A program made the translations under genes and the position numbers. From Octopus vulgaris (Eukaryota): a DNA stretch of 64,000 nucleotides. The notes beneath the pieces were generated by a model. That model was not told where the DNA came from. It worked only from the letters and a program-made list of their open reading frames with translations, and did not search any database. Positions 39,396-51,768 of the stretch are shown here, one piece after another (positions within the stretch are counted from its first letter, which is position 1; each line of letters begins with the position of its first letter). The stretch is taken from the NCBI GenBank assembly GCA_951406725.2, contig OX597820.1, positions 73,532,001-73,596,000 of the forward strand. The letters are read 5' to 3'.

Positions 39396-39612
39396 TGTGT
39401 CTGTGTTTGTCCCCCCCCCCCATCAGTGCTCAACAACTGATGTTAGTGTGTTTACATCCCTGTAACTTAGTGGTTCAGCAAAATAGACCGACAGGATAAG
39501 TACTAGGCTCACAAAGAATAAGTCTTGGGTCAATTTGTTCGAATAAAGGTGGTGCTCCAGCATGGCTGCAGTCAAATGACTGAAACAAATAAAAGAATAC
39601 ATATATATGCAC

Positions 39613-39643
<31 letters not shown>

Positions 39644-39909
39644 CACACACACACATACATACATACACATGTATGTATGTATGTAGGTGTGTATATATGT
39701 ATATATGGTGCAGGCTCCTCCCTGGTTGACTTCAGTCAAATCATCAAACCCATGCCAGCATGGAGGGCAGATATTAAATGATGAAGATGATGATGTTGAT
39801 GATGATATATAAATTTTTTACTGTTAGTTCTACATAACAGTCCCCAGTGTTAATCTTTTGATGTGTGTGTGTGTGTGGTTTGCATTTTTCTTTTGACATG
39901 TTATTACAA

Positions 39910-40290
39910 CATGAGTATAGGTTCCATGATTAGTCTTCTATTTTTATTATCCTTTCCTATTTTCCTATTTGTTTTGTTGAATGTGTTATAGTGTTTTATG
40001 ATTGCTTCCTGTTGTAAATGCATGGTGTGCCAACAAGCGACTGTTGTACTAGTATGTCCAGTTTTACAGGCAGCTGCTTATGTTTCATTGGTTATAAGTC
40101 ACTTGTTCTTGTGTTTATATGCTTGTGATGTGTTATTGATAAGGAGGTTTTTGGTTTAGATGTATTTGTAGTATATCATTATTTTTAAGTTTCTGGTTGG
40201 GTATGATGCAATTTGTGTTCCATTTTATGAGGTTTCTGATTATGTATTTGTCTGTTCAATAGTTGTAATGCATTTGATTCATATAATAAA
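39910..40290 (-). pseudogene. Decayed Penelope-like element, linker plus GIY-YIG endonuclease relic
   Basis: Fragments across stops and frameshifts: YYMNQMHYNY*TDKYIIRNLIK, QKLK/IMIYYK, TKNLLINN, GHTSTTVACWHTMHLQQEAIIKH, RRLIMEPIL. These resemble the PLE pattern YIGxTxTTLxRRLTMH...RRLxILEA. Confidence 0.55.
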
Positions 40291-41072
40291 TGTTACGAGT
40301 GATTTGAGTGTTTTTATTGAATATATCGTCTGATATATTTGTTGCATTGTATTTGTGTCTGTAACTGTTCACTGAAGAAGTTTATTTCATGACCAAATGG
40401 TCACAGGTTCATATCTGTCAACATGGATGGATGGCTCCTTTGTTGTGTCAACTTGGATTAGTTCCATTCTTAGACATTCTCTGCAATCAACAGTCTCTCG
40501 TAGTAGCAATTATTTTAACATTAAATAGTTGGAAAGATTTTACTTGTATTCAAGTTAATGTGAACAAATAGACATGGCTCTGTGGTAAGAAGCTTGCTTA
40601 CCAACCACATGGTTCTGGGTTCAGTCCCACTGCATGGCACCTTGGGCAAATGTCTTCTATTATAGCTTCGAGCCAACCAAAGCCTTGTGAGTGGATTTGG
40701 TAGATGGAAACTGAAAGAAGCCCATCATGTACATATATATATATAAGATTAGGTAGTGTATGTAATACCACTTACTAAAATCAGAGCCAATGCTCCAAAA
40801 ACCACCATAAAAATTACAATAAAGTTACACACGAGCAATGCAATGAACATTTCAGAAATAGGCTTACCTCTGCTTTGAAAACATCAATAAGTAATACATA
40901 TTTCAACACCAATTAATTTCATACTTTGCATGATAAACATGTTTTGTGATCTTCAGTTGAAAATAGCATTTAACATCTATTTCTAAAATATTCACTATGT
41001 TAGCTCGTGTGTGTTCCTAACTTTAAACAACCTGCCCTGTTTAAAAGAAACTGTTCTAAACAAGAAAAATTA

Positions 41073-41255
41073 AAATAAAGTAGTATTATTACCATTATAT
41101 GCAGTAATAATAAGGTGGCTAGCAAGTTCACACCTTTACAGGCACAATATAAAGTAATTAAAGATTAGGTAGGGTATATATTGTACCTGTTAAGGCATGA
41201 ACTTGCTAGCTACCTTATTATTACTGTCTATAATGGTAATAATACTACTTTATTT
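41073..41255. repeat. Inverted repeat with about 79-bp arms and a 25-nt loop
   Basis: 41073-41151 pairs with 41177-41255 with a few mismatches. Confidence 0.9.
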
Positions 41256-41417
41256 AAATTTTTCTTTTATATATATGTATTATGTATTTGGCATCAGGAA
41301 GGACATCCAGCTGTAGAAACACTGCCAGATCAGATTGGGCCCTAGTGCAGCCTCCTGGCTTCCCTGATCCCAATTGAACCGTCCAACCCATGCCAGCATG
41401 GAAAACGGACGTTAAAC

Positions 41418-41457
<40 letters not shown>

Positions 41458-41724
41458 GTGTATTTGTGTGTCTGTGATTGTCCCCACCCCCATCGCTTGA
41501 CAACTGATGTTATATGTGTTTACGTAATGTTCAGCAAAAAAACCCGACAGAATAAGTACTAGGCTTATAAAGAATAAGTCCTGGGGTCGATTTGTTTGAC
41601 TAAAGATGGTGCTCCAGCATGGCCGCAGTCAAATGACTGAAACAAGTGAAAGAATATATATAACATTTGACAGAGTAATCTGAATGCTAATGAGTCAAAA
41701 CCATTTTTTTATTACTTTTTTCAG

Positions 41725-41901
41725 GATCCCCATCCAGAAAACTAGAGAAAGAACTGCAGAAAATTAAAACCACACCTGTCCGTGTTCTTCAACCTCCAAC
41801 TTGGAATAAATGTGGCCGTCCAAAGAATGGATTAGTTCTGCTGGAAGACAACACTTACTTGTGTGCCCGTTACAGGGACCCTCACAATAAATTGGTATTA
41901 G
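41725..41901 (+). CDS. fj: Four-jointed-like kinase, next coding exon (177 nt, phase 1-1)
   Basis: Acceptor ttacttttttcAG at 41723-41724 and donor G|GTAAGT at 41901/41902. Joins exon 1 in frame as (G)SPSRKLEKELQKIKTTPVRVLQPPTWNKCGRPKNGLVLLEDNTYLCARYRDPHNKLVL(G), matching the fj motif CGRxxNxLxxxxDGTxACxRY...QGE. The catalytic C-terminal exons were not found in the window. Confidence 0.85.
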
Positions 41902-42024
41902 GTAAGTGTCTTTATTAATAGTCTTTTAAATTTTAACTCCAGTAAGAACTAACATATTACAAGCAGGTCTTGTGGAAATACCAGGAGAGGCTCTACAAAT
42001 GTGATGAGAACTGCAGACTAACAA

Positions 42025-42451
42025 TCTACTATAATAATACTCTTGTATTTTTCTCTGTCACAACATATGAATGAGAAAGGAAGGGGTGATAGATAAATAA
42101 GGAAGGAATGGGTGATGGCAAACTTGGTAGTGGGATGGTGGAAGTTCTACAGTGAAAGAAAAAATATCAAACAGCATTTCAACTCTATGTATATGTGTGT
42201 GTATGTAAAAGGAGGTATGTGAATGTTTGTTTGTGTGTGTGTGTGTGTGTGTGTGCAATGGAGATGGTGAACATTCAATGCTGATAAGAAAACTCAAACA
42301 GCATTTCAACTCTGTGTGAGAATATATGTGTGTATGTGTGTGCATGTACAAGGGAAGTATGTGAATGTTTGTATGTGGGATTATTTTGTACCTTATTTAT
42401 TTATAAAATTCTACAATTAGCTGTCTTTTTTGATAGCACAGGACCAGCTAG
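42025..42451 (+). mobile_element. Non-autonomous Helitron, unit 1
   Basis: Starts A|TCtactataataat. Ends with hairpin gctgtc..gatagc followed by CTAG at 42448-42451. Confidence 0.75.
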
Positions 42452-42916
42452 TCTGGTATGATAATAATCGTGTTTTTCTCCGACACAACATATGAATGAG
42501 AAAGGAAGGGGTGATAGACGAATAAGGAAGGAAGGGGTGATGGCAAACTTAGTAGTGGGAGCGTTTCAACTCTGTGTGAATATCTGTGTGTGTATGTAAA
42601 AGGCAGGTATCTGTATGTTTGTGTGTGTGTGTCTGTGGAAGTGGGATGGTGAACATTCAACGCTGAAAAGAAAAATCAAACAGCGTTTCAACTCTGCGTG
42701 AATATATGTGTGTATGTATGTGCGTGTACAAGGGAAGTAAGTGAATGTTTGTATGGGTGAACTAGTGTTCTTTCAGTAACAAATGATGATCAATGTCAAA
42801 TCTCAAAAGACAACCACTAGATAACATTGACAAGTGTATTAACTTGATTTACCATCCATATTTATATATAAAATACTACCATTAGCCGTCATTTTTCATG
42901 GCATGGGGCCAGCTAG
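42452..42916 (+). mobile_element. Non-autonomous Helitron, unit 2, head-to-tail with unit 1
   Basis: Starts with TC directly after the CTAG of unit 1 and is homologous to it over about 300 bp. Ends with hairpin gccgt..atggc then CTAG|T at 42913-42917. Confidence 0.75.
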
Positions 42917-44294
42917 TTGTAAAATAAAAGTGAATACACACTTTTGGTTAGACTCATTTAACTCATTTTGAAATATAAATTACATTAAAATGATAATTAT
43001 GATATTGGTTTCAAATTTTGGCACAAGGCCAACAAGTTTGGGCCAGGGGTACGTCGATTACCTCAGCCCCAGTATTCAGCTGGTCTCTTAATTCATCAAC
43101 TCTTAAAAGATCATCATCATCATCATCATCATTGTTTAACATCCGCTTTCCATGCTAGCATGGGTTGGACGATTTGACTGAGGTCTGGCGAACCAGATGG
43201 CTGCTCCAGACTCCAATCTGATCTGGCAGAGTTTCTATAGCTGGATGCCCTTCCTAATGCCAATCACTCCGAGAGTGTAGTGGATACTTTTATGTGCCAC
43301 CAGCACGAGGGCCAGTCAGGCGGTACTGGCAATGGCCACACTCAAATGGTGCTTTTTATGTACCACCTGCACAGTAGCCAGTCCAACGGCACTGGCAAAG
43401 ACCTCGCTTGAATGCTATTTCACATCCCACCAGCACAAGTGCCAGTAAGGCATTGCAAGTAATGATCATGCTCGAATGGTGCTTTTTACATGCCACTGGC
43501 ACGGAAAATCAAAATTGACTTCAGTGAAATTTGAACTCAAAATCTAAAGACAGACGAAATGCCATGAAGCATTTTGCTGAGCATGCTAACAATTCTTTCA
43601 GCTTACCACCTTAAATGACAATTATGATGTTGATTAGAGAATAGATTATATTGATTTCAAGCCATATTTATCACTTTGAGAGATGTTTAATCAAATTTAT
43701 TGACATAGGCGTAGGAGTAGCTGTGTGTTAAGTAGCTTGCTTACCAACCACATGGTTTCAGGTTCAGTCCCACTGCGTGGCACCTTGGGCAAGTGTCTTC
43801 TACTATAGCCTTAGGCCGACCAAAGGCTTGTGAGTGGATTTGCTAGAGGGAAACTGAAAGAAGTCCGTTGCATATATGTATATATATATTTGTGTGTATG
43901 TATATATGCTTGTGTGTGTGTTTGTCCCCCCAACATCACTTGAAAACCAATGCTGGTGTGCTTACATCCCTGTAACTTAGTGGTTCAGCAAAAGAAACCG
44001 ATAGAATAAGTCCTGGGGTCAGTTTGCTCAACTAAAGGTGGTGCTCCAGCATGGCCACAGTCAAATGACTGAAATAAGCAAAAGAGTAAAAGAGTTAGAG
44101 CAGATGACATCAAAATCATACTTTTGATTTTTTAAAAATATTTATCATTTCACTGAGTGGCACCTTGGGCAAGTTTCTTCTTCTATAGCCTTGGGCTGAC
44201 CCAAACCTTGTGAGTGGATTTGCTAGATGGAAACCGAAAGAAGCCCACTGTGTATGTATATGTGTGTATATATATATATATTTGTGTGTGTGTG

Positions 44295-44341
<47 letters not shown>

Positions 44342-44375
44342 CACACACATAATTTGAAACTGATTTATTGGAAGT

Positions 44376-44418
44376 CCACCTGAAGATTGTCGATCAAGAC
44401 AAGAAACAATTGTAGTGG
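44376..44418 (+). ncRNA. Minimal type I hammerhead ribozyme with intact canonical core
   Basis: ccac-CUGAAGA-uuguc(gaucaa)gacaa-GAAA-C(aauu)G-UA-gugg. Helix I has 4 bp, helix II has 5 perfect bp, helix III is the palindrome ACAAUUGU, and the triplet is GUA. Predicted cut after 44414. Confidence 0.82.
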
Positions 44419-44530
44419 CGGTTTTTTTGACTATTTATTAAAATTTTATGTATTGATTAAGTCTTTCCTTGTTTGTTTTGCAAAATAGTGGTTTTGTCTC
44501 TAATAATATTTTATATATATATATATATAT

Positions 44531-44609
<79 letters not shown>

Positions 44610-44611
44610 TG

Positions 44612-44652
<41 letters not shown>

Positions 44653-45469
44653 ATGTGTATGCTTGTGTGTCTGTGTTTGTCCCTCCACCATTGTTTGACA
44701 ACCGATGCTGGTGTGTTTACGTACCCGTAACTTAGCGGTTTTGGCAAAAGAGACCAATAGAATAAGTACTAGGCTTACAAAGAAAAAGCCCTTGGGGCGA
44801 TTAGTTCGACCTAAAGGTGGTGCTCCAGCATGGCCGCAGTCAAATAACTGAAACAAATGAAAGAATGAAAGAAAGAATCCTTTGAGGGTCTGGAATTAAT
44901 AAAATGCTTAAGAACCCTCAGCATAGAGACTTCCTTAAAGGCTTTAATATGGTAGTTTCATGAGGTGCAATAGCCAATAACTGCAGCCAAACTCATTATG
45001 GATACAGCACAACCAGAATTTCCTGCAATACAAAGTCGAAAATGTACAACTTTTATCTCATTCCCACTACCTCCACCCCACCGAAATTACCATATAATAT
45101 ATGGAAGAATTTTAATTATCAGAACGTATATAGCATCAATTAAGACCATTAAATGGATGATAATTATACCACAACACAGAAGTAGACCACACCACGAAGT
45201 AGCAAAGCTAATTAATCACATCTCTCGACATGACACAGTAATATTGGAAATCTTAATGAGTTCTAGAATTACTGTGTATAATATAGATATCAGAGATTAC
45301 AGTATAGTGCTATATGAAATTACACAACTTCCTAATCCTTGCTACACATTAATATAATAAGTGTCATTAATCCATCCAATTATATTAAGTTACTTAATGC
45401 ATTAATAAATGTGAGTGTGTGTGTGTGTGTAGATGGATAGATATAGATATATATATATATTTCTCTGTT

Positions 45470-45634
45470 TCTTTTTCTTTCTCTCTCTGTTTATTTTCTC
45501 TTATTCCTTTCTGCTGAAGAGTGTATGCTCAAAATGAAAAAGACTTCTTCATTTTTCCCAAGTGTCAACCTAATGCACTTGCTTGTTGTTCATACACCTA
45601 TCTTTGTTTTTTGTTTTTCTATAAATTTCAACGA

Positions 45635-45635
<1 letters not shown>
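45470..45635 (+). mobile_element. Family B element with CpG-decayed hammerhead
   Basis: ccttt-CTGCTGA-a-gagtgtatgctc-aaaatgaaaaagac at 45506-45544, flanked by (TA)n. Confidence 0.65.
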
Positions 45636-45673
<38 letters not shown>

Positions 45674-46704
45674 CTTGAATTATGGCAAGAAATATCAAAT
45701 GAACTAATGGTTCTTCACCATTTCATGTCATATGGGACTCCTGAAGATTTTGGAGGAATTATCTAGCAGAAACTGTAGCTGGGATAAATAAATAAATAAG
45801 TAGATAATCTATAGGTGCAGGAGTGGTAAGTAGCTTGCTTACCAACCACATGGTTCCAGGTTCAGTCCTACTGTGTGGTACCTTGGGCAAGTGTCTTCTA
45901 CTATAGCCTCGGGCCGACCAAAGCCTTGTGAGTAGATTTGGTAGACGGAAACTGAAAGAAGCCCGTCGTATATATGTATGTATATATATATATATGTATG
46001 TTGTGTGTATATGTTTGTGTGTCTGTGTTTGTCTCCCCAACTTAGCAGTTCAGCAAAAGAGGCCAATAGAATAAGTACTAGGCTTACAAAGAATAAGTCC
46101 TGGAGTTGATTTGCTTGACTAAAGGTGGTGCTCCAGCATGTAAAATAACTTAAAAAAGTAAAAGAGTGAAAGAGTATAACCTCAGGATAACTAAAGTCTT
46201 GAGAGTGAATTTAGTAGAAGGAATCTGAAAGAAGCCACTGACACACATATGTATGAATGTGTGTGTGTGTGCGAGTGTGTGTGTACTCTTTCTCTGAAAT
46301 CACATGATGCTTGTAAACAAACATCACTGTCATACATGCAGGATTGCTCATTTCCAGTTTTCTGTGGAAAGACATATCTGGCTATGAGAAAATATTACCT
46401 TGCTTGGAAACAGGTGAAAATTGGTGACAGGAAGGGCATCTGACTGTAAAAAATATGCCTCTTGAAATACTGCTTAACCCATACAAAGATGGAAAAGTGG
46501 ACATTAAATGATAACTGTAGTGTTTATGATTTTATGGCCAAAAATTTCTCAAGAACTGTCCTAAACTGTCATTGTTATATATGTTATGCCTCTTTATGGC
46601 ACATAACTTAGCAGTTCAATAACTAAAGACTGATAAAATAACAGACTGACTGAAGTACTGAGGTGAATACAGTTGACAAAACTTCCTTTATACACTCCTC
46701 TTAA

Positions 46705-47570
46705 ATACAAGAAGTCAAAAATTATCCGCACTTTCATCATGACATATCTTCATTATTGTCATTCAAGCATAGCCGGTGCTAGTGCCACCTAACTGGCACC
46801 CATATCAGTGGTATGTAAATAGCACCATTCATGCATGGTTGATGCCAGTGCCGCCTGACTAGCTCCCATGCCGGTGGAATGTAAAAAGCACTCGCTACAC
46901 TCTCGGAGTGGTTGGCGTTAGGAAGGGCATCCAGCTGTAGACACATTGCCAGATCAGACTGGAGCCTGGTGCAGCTGCTGGCTTATCAGACCTCAGTCAA
47001 ACCATCCAACCCATGCCGGCATGGAAAGCAGACGTTAAACGATGATGATAATGATAATAACGCTGCCTTTTACACATGCATGCTTATAGTTGGTACTATT
47101 GTGGTCATGTGATCAAAGTTTGAACCTGATCATGCCCTTTTTTTTTTGGTTTTACAGTGTAAGCATGACAGCTCTACTAGCAAGGTGCACCAAAGAAGAA
47201 GAAAGAGCAGTGATCTGAGAGATGATGATGGTTAATTGGTTCACCATTACCATCTCTCGAGTTTGCTGAATCTTCTCGTCAATGGTGGAGGTTGACAGAC
47301 GTTCTGCTCCCTCATTGTGTGCCATGCTTGTCCAGCCACTTTTAAACTTCTCAATCCACTCACACACACTTCTACGTGGTTGTGCACTGTCCCCGTATTG
47401 TGCTAAAAGCCTTCGATTGATTTCAACACCTGACACACCTTCCAACCAGAGAAATCAGATCACTGCTCTTTGTTCTTCTTTGGTGCACATTGTTAGTGGA
47501 GTGGCCATGCTTACACTGTAAAACCAGAAAGAAAAATGGCATAATCAGGTTCAAACTTCGATCACACGAC
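46705..47570. mobile_element. Rearranged mariner relic: TIR, nested RTE-type element, inverted duplication of the 5' region, transposase HTH fragment
   Basis: TIR-like tacaagaagtcaaaaattatccgcac near 46706. 47104-47218 is inverted relative to 47455-47570. Minus strand encodes KEEQRAVI*FLWLEGVSGVEINRRLLAQYGD...VCEWIEKFKSG (mariner N-terminal HTH). Confidence 0.8.
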
Positions 47571-49311
47571 AACAATTATATTATTCTATTAGCCTCTCAT
47601 CAACTAGCACAAAGGCACCTCCCTCAATACTATCTCCCCTCATCTAGGGGATTTTGTCTTGTCTTGCAAGTTATTTGGTGACCCTACTGGTATTGGTGCC
47701 ACAAAAAAAAAAAAAAAGAAGAAAAGGCATCTGGTACACTCTGTAAAGTGGTTGGCATTAGGAAGAGGGTCTAGCTGCCGAAACAGACTGTGGAACTTGG
47801 TGCAGTCCTCTGGCTTGCCAGTTTTTGTCAAACCATCGAGCTCATTCTAGCATGGAAAGCATGTTAAACGATGATGATGATGATGATGATGATGACGACG
47901 ACGATGATGATGACAATAACAAGGAGGGGGAGGAGGATATTGATGATGATGATGATGATCATGGTGATGATGATGACAACGACGATGATGATGATGGTAA
48001 TGGTGATGATGATGATGAACTTCTAAATTTCAAGTCCTGTGCCTGTGTTTAGAAACAAAACCAAATTTTTTTTTTAAATGATTTTGTTCAGCTCCTCAAT
48101 AATTAAGTAGATCAATGATTAAAGACATTCCAACCATGGCCACTGTATTTGTTATTCAAAATTCCATATTTCAGACCATAAAATTCAATGTATCGTCATG
48201 TACTTTGTTTTAAACAGCAAAGTAATGTGATAAGAGAGGGATTTAATTGCTATTTCTAGCTGAGCCGAGCAATTATATAAAGCCTCCTTCGAAGTATTTT
48301 TGTATGGTTCTTCCATACAAATATCAGCATTTGCCTATTAGAGCAAAATGTTGAAAGAGTTTGGCACCACTTAGAAAAAAAGTTGCAACAACAACAAAAA
48401 AAAGGGGGGAAATAATAAGAGGTAGGTTGTCATAACAACCGAAAATTGTTATGGTTGGCAAGAATATTCCTTCATACACATGTATACATACGTACAAATA
48501 CATACATATGTAGTACATACCTACGCACATACACACATAGGTGTGTATGTGGAGGTATGTACTTACGTATGCATGTGTTTGTGCATATGTATGTATGTAT
48601 TTTTATATATATATATACACACACACACATATATATGTATACAAACATATGTATATGTACATACATACACACAGACATACATGTATATATATATATATAT
48701 ATACATATATTCATGCAAGCATAACATTCATAGAAACACATACATGCATACGAACAAGCATATACATACATAAATATATAAACACATACAAACATAATAA
48801 AGCATGCATACATGCAAGCATACATACACACACACATATCTATACATACACACATATCTATACATACACATGTACATATAAATACATAGTTACATACATG
48901 TAAATATTCTCAGATCTAACAAGCTTTTGAAGCAGTGTATTTCAAAAGAAAGAAAGAAATATCAAAGCAAAACTATTTGCTATTTTACCATCCACAAACT
49001 GGCACAACATCAAACGTGCATCCAGAAATGTCAGCGTCTGTTATAGGCCACTGGGTATGAAGTTCAAGTTCCATGATCTTCTCTTATATATTAGCAAACT
49101 AACGGAGAGTTTGCATGAAGGGAAATCTATAAAATAAAATAGCAAGAACTTGAAATATTTTAACTGGAACTTTACCAAAGAGTAAACTGCTATTACAAAA
49201 AAAAACAACAAAAAAAAAACAACATAGTTTTCTGAAATACTAAATGCAAATATCTCCCACCTGTATTTCCAAACCATTCTACTGACCTTATAAACTGCCT
49301 CTAAGAGTTAC

Positions 49312-49345
<34 letters not shown>

Positions 49346-51349
49346 GTCGTTATCCTCTTTATCCTTCTCCTCATCGTCATCATCATCATCATCATCATCG
49401 TTATCACTGTCCGCTTAATGTCTACGTTTGGTGCTCGCAAGAGTTGGACAGTTCTACAGGATCCTACAAACCTAAGGGTTGTCTTCATCTCCATTGTCTA
49501 CTTTGGCAACATTTCTACTACTGGATGTTCTTCCAAATACCAAAAACTTCACAAAGTGTGCCGAGTACTTTTATCATCATCATCATCATCATTGTTTTAT
49601 TGTCCACTTTTCCACGCTTGCCCGGGGTTATACAGAATTTTGCAAGGCAGGTTTTCTACAACCGTACGCTTTTCCTGTTGCCAACCCTCACATATTTCCA
49701 ACTAAGGTAATATTTCTCCATGGCCAGACATGTTTTTAATGAAAGACTGGAAATGAACAACATCACTTATATAACGGTCATGTACATTTACAATCATAAC
49801 ATGATGTTTGCACAAAGGTACCCCCACACACTTATATATTTACATCCTCATCATCATAATCATCATTTAATGACCATTTTCCATGCTGCCATGGTTAGCA
49901 CAGTTTCACAGGAGCTGGCAAGCCAGAGGGCTACACCAGGCTCTAGTCATCTGTTCTGGCATGATTCCTATGGTCAGATGCCCTTCCTAGTGCCAACCCC
50001 TTTACAGGGTGTATTGGAGGCTTCTTACATCGCCAGCACAAGTGCCCCTCATGTGGAGCCGACACAGGCACATTTACATGGCACCAGCCTTTTACACACA
50101 CACACATATATATATGTACAATGGGCTTCTTTCAGTTTCTATCAACCAAATTCACTCACAAATCTTTAATCAACCCAGTACTATAAAAGAAGACACTTGC
50201 CCAAAGTGCCATGCAATGAGAATGAACCCAAAACTACATTGTTAGAAGTCAAGTTTCTTAACCACACACCCATGGCACACACACACACACACATGTAGTC
50301 ATATATGTGTGTATAACTATCCTTTTACTCTGTTATTTCTTTCAGTCATTTGACTGCGGCCATGCTGGAGCACCGCCTTTAATCAAACAAATTGACCCCA
50401 GGACTTATTCTTTGTAAGCCTAGTACTTATTCTATTGGACTCCTTTGCTGAACTGCTAAGTTATGGGGACATAAAGACACCAATGTCAGTTGTCAAGCAA
50501 TGGTGGGGGAAAAAACACAGACACACAAACACATACATACATACATGACAGGCTTCTTTCAGTTTCCGTCTACCAAATCCACTCACAAGGTTTTGGTCGG
50601 CTTGAGGTTATAGTAGAAGACACTTGCCTAAGATGCCGCCACGCAATGGGACTGAACCTGGAACCATGTGGTTGGTTAGCAAGCTACTTACCACACACCC
50701 ACTCCTGCACACTTATTTTTTTTTATTCTCCAAATCTCTCCAATGAAAAATAAATGAAACAATAACAAAAAACAAAAACAAAACTGAAATAATCTGCACC
50801 CAACAAAATATTTCCTTCATCCTGGTGAAGATTCAGGCAATAACAGACAGCTCATCAAGATTATTCAGTGATGTGACCAAGTGCACCAATAATTACAGAT
50901 GTATATTCATAAACCTACAATTAAGACGCAGAGTATGTAAGTTCTCTAGCAACTGCCTACAAATATTTTGTTTTTTCCTTTCACTGACTTTCACTTCAAT
51001 GTTTACATCTGCCAAGCAGTTTAAATTCCACAGCAGAAAACATGTACGATTTTTTTGTTTTTATTTTCTCGTTTCATCCCAGATAATTATATTAAACCTG
51101 TTGCACTTGGATTTGATGGCAGTTTTAATTACAATGTGTTTATAATTCATCTAGTTTTAATTGGTATTGTGTAGAGTCAGCTTATATCATCAGTATCTTT
51201 AGCAGGGAAGTCCTTCCTACAGAGAGTATTGTATGTTATTTTTATAAGAATATAATACCTCGTAGGGAATATGTTCGTATGGAGGCAACGATAATCTGGT
51301 TGGTAGTATAAGCATAGAAAGCTCAAGTGTGAGTTTAGAATAAGTGTAG

Positions 51350-51768
51350 TAATCATCACCACCACCATTGCCATCTCCACCACTGCCACTATCATCCTCA
51401 CCACTACCACCATCATCATCACCATCATCACCACTATCATTACCACCATCATCACCACTATCATCACCACCATCACTGCCACCATCAATATCACCACAAC
51501 CACCACCACCATCATCACCAGCACCTTCATCACCACCACCATCATCCTCATCACCACCATCATCATCATTATCATCAGCACCATCACCACCACCGTCATC
51601 ACTGCCACCATCAACATCACCACCATCATCAGCACCATCATCACAACCATCATCGTCACCACCACTACCATCATGAGCAGCAGCACCACCACCATCATCA
51701 TCACCGCCACCATCATCAACACCATCATCATCATTATCATCAGCACCATCACCTCCACCATCGTCATC
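51350..51768. repeat. Degenerate (CAT/CAC)n tract continuous with an RTE-type tail
   Basis: Abuts the minus-strand RTE-tail sequence ttaacacctgtattccatgctagcatggg at 51771. Confidence 0.9.
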
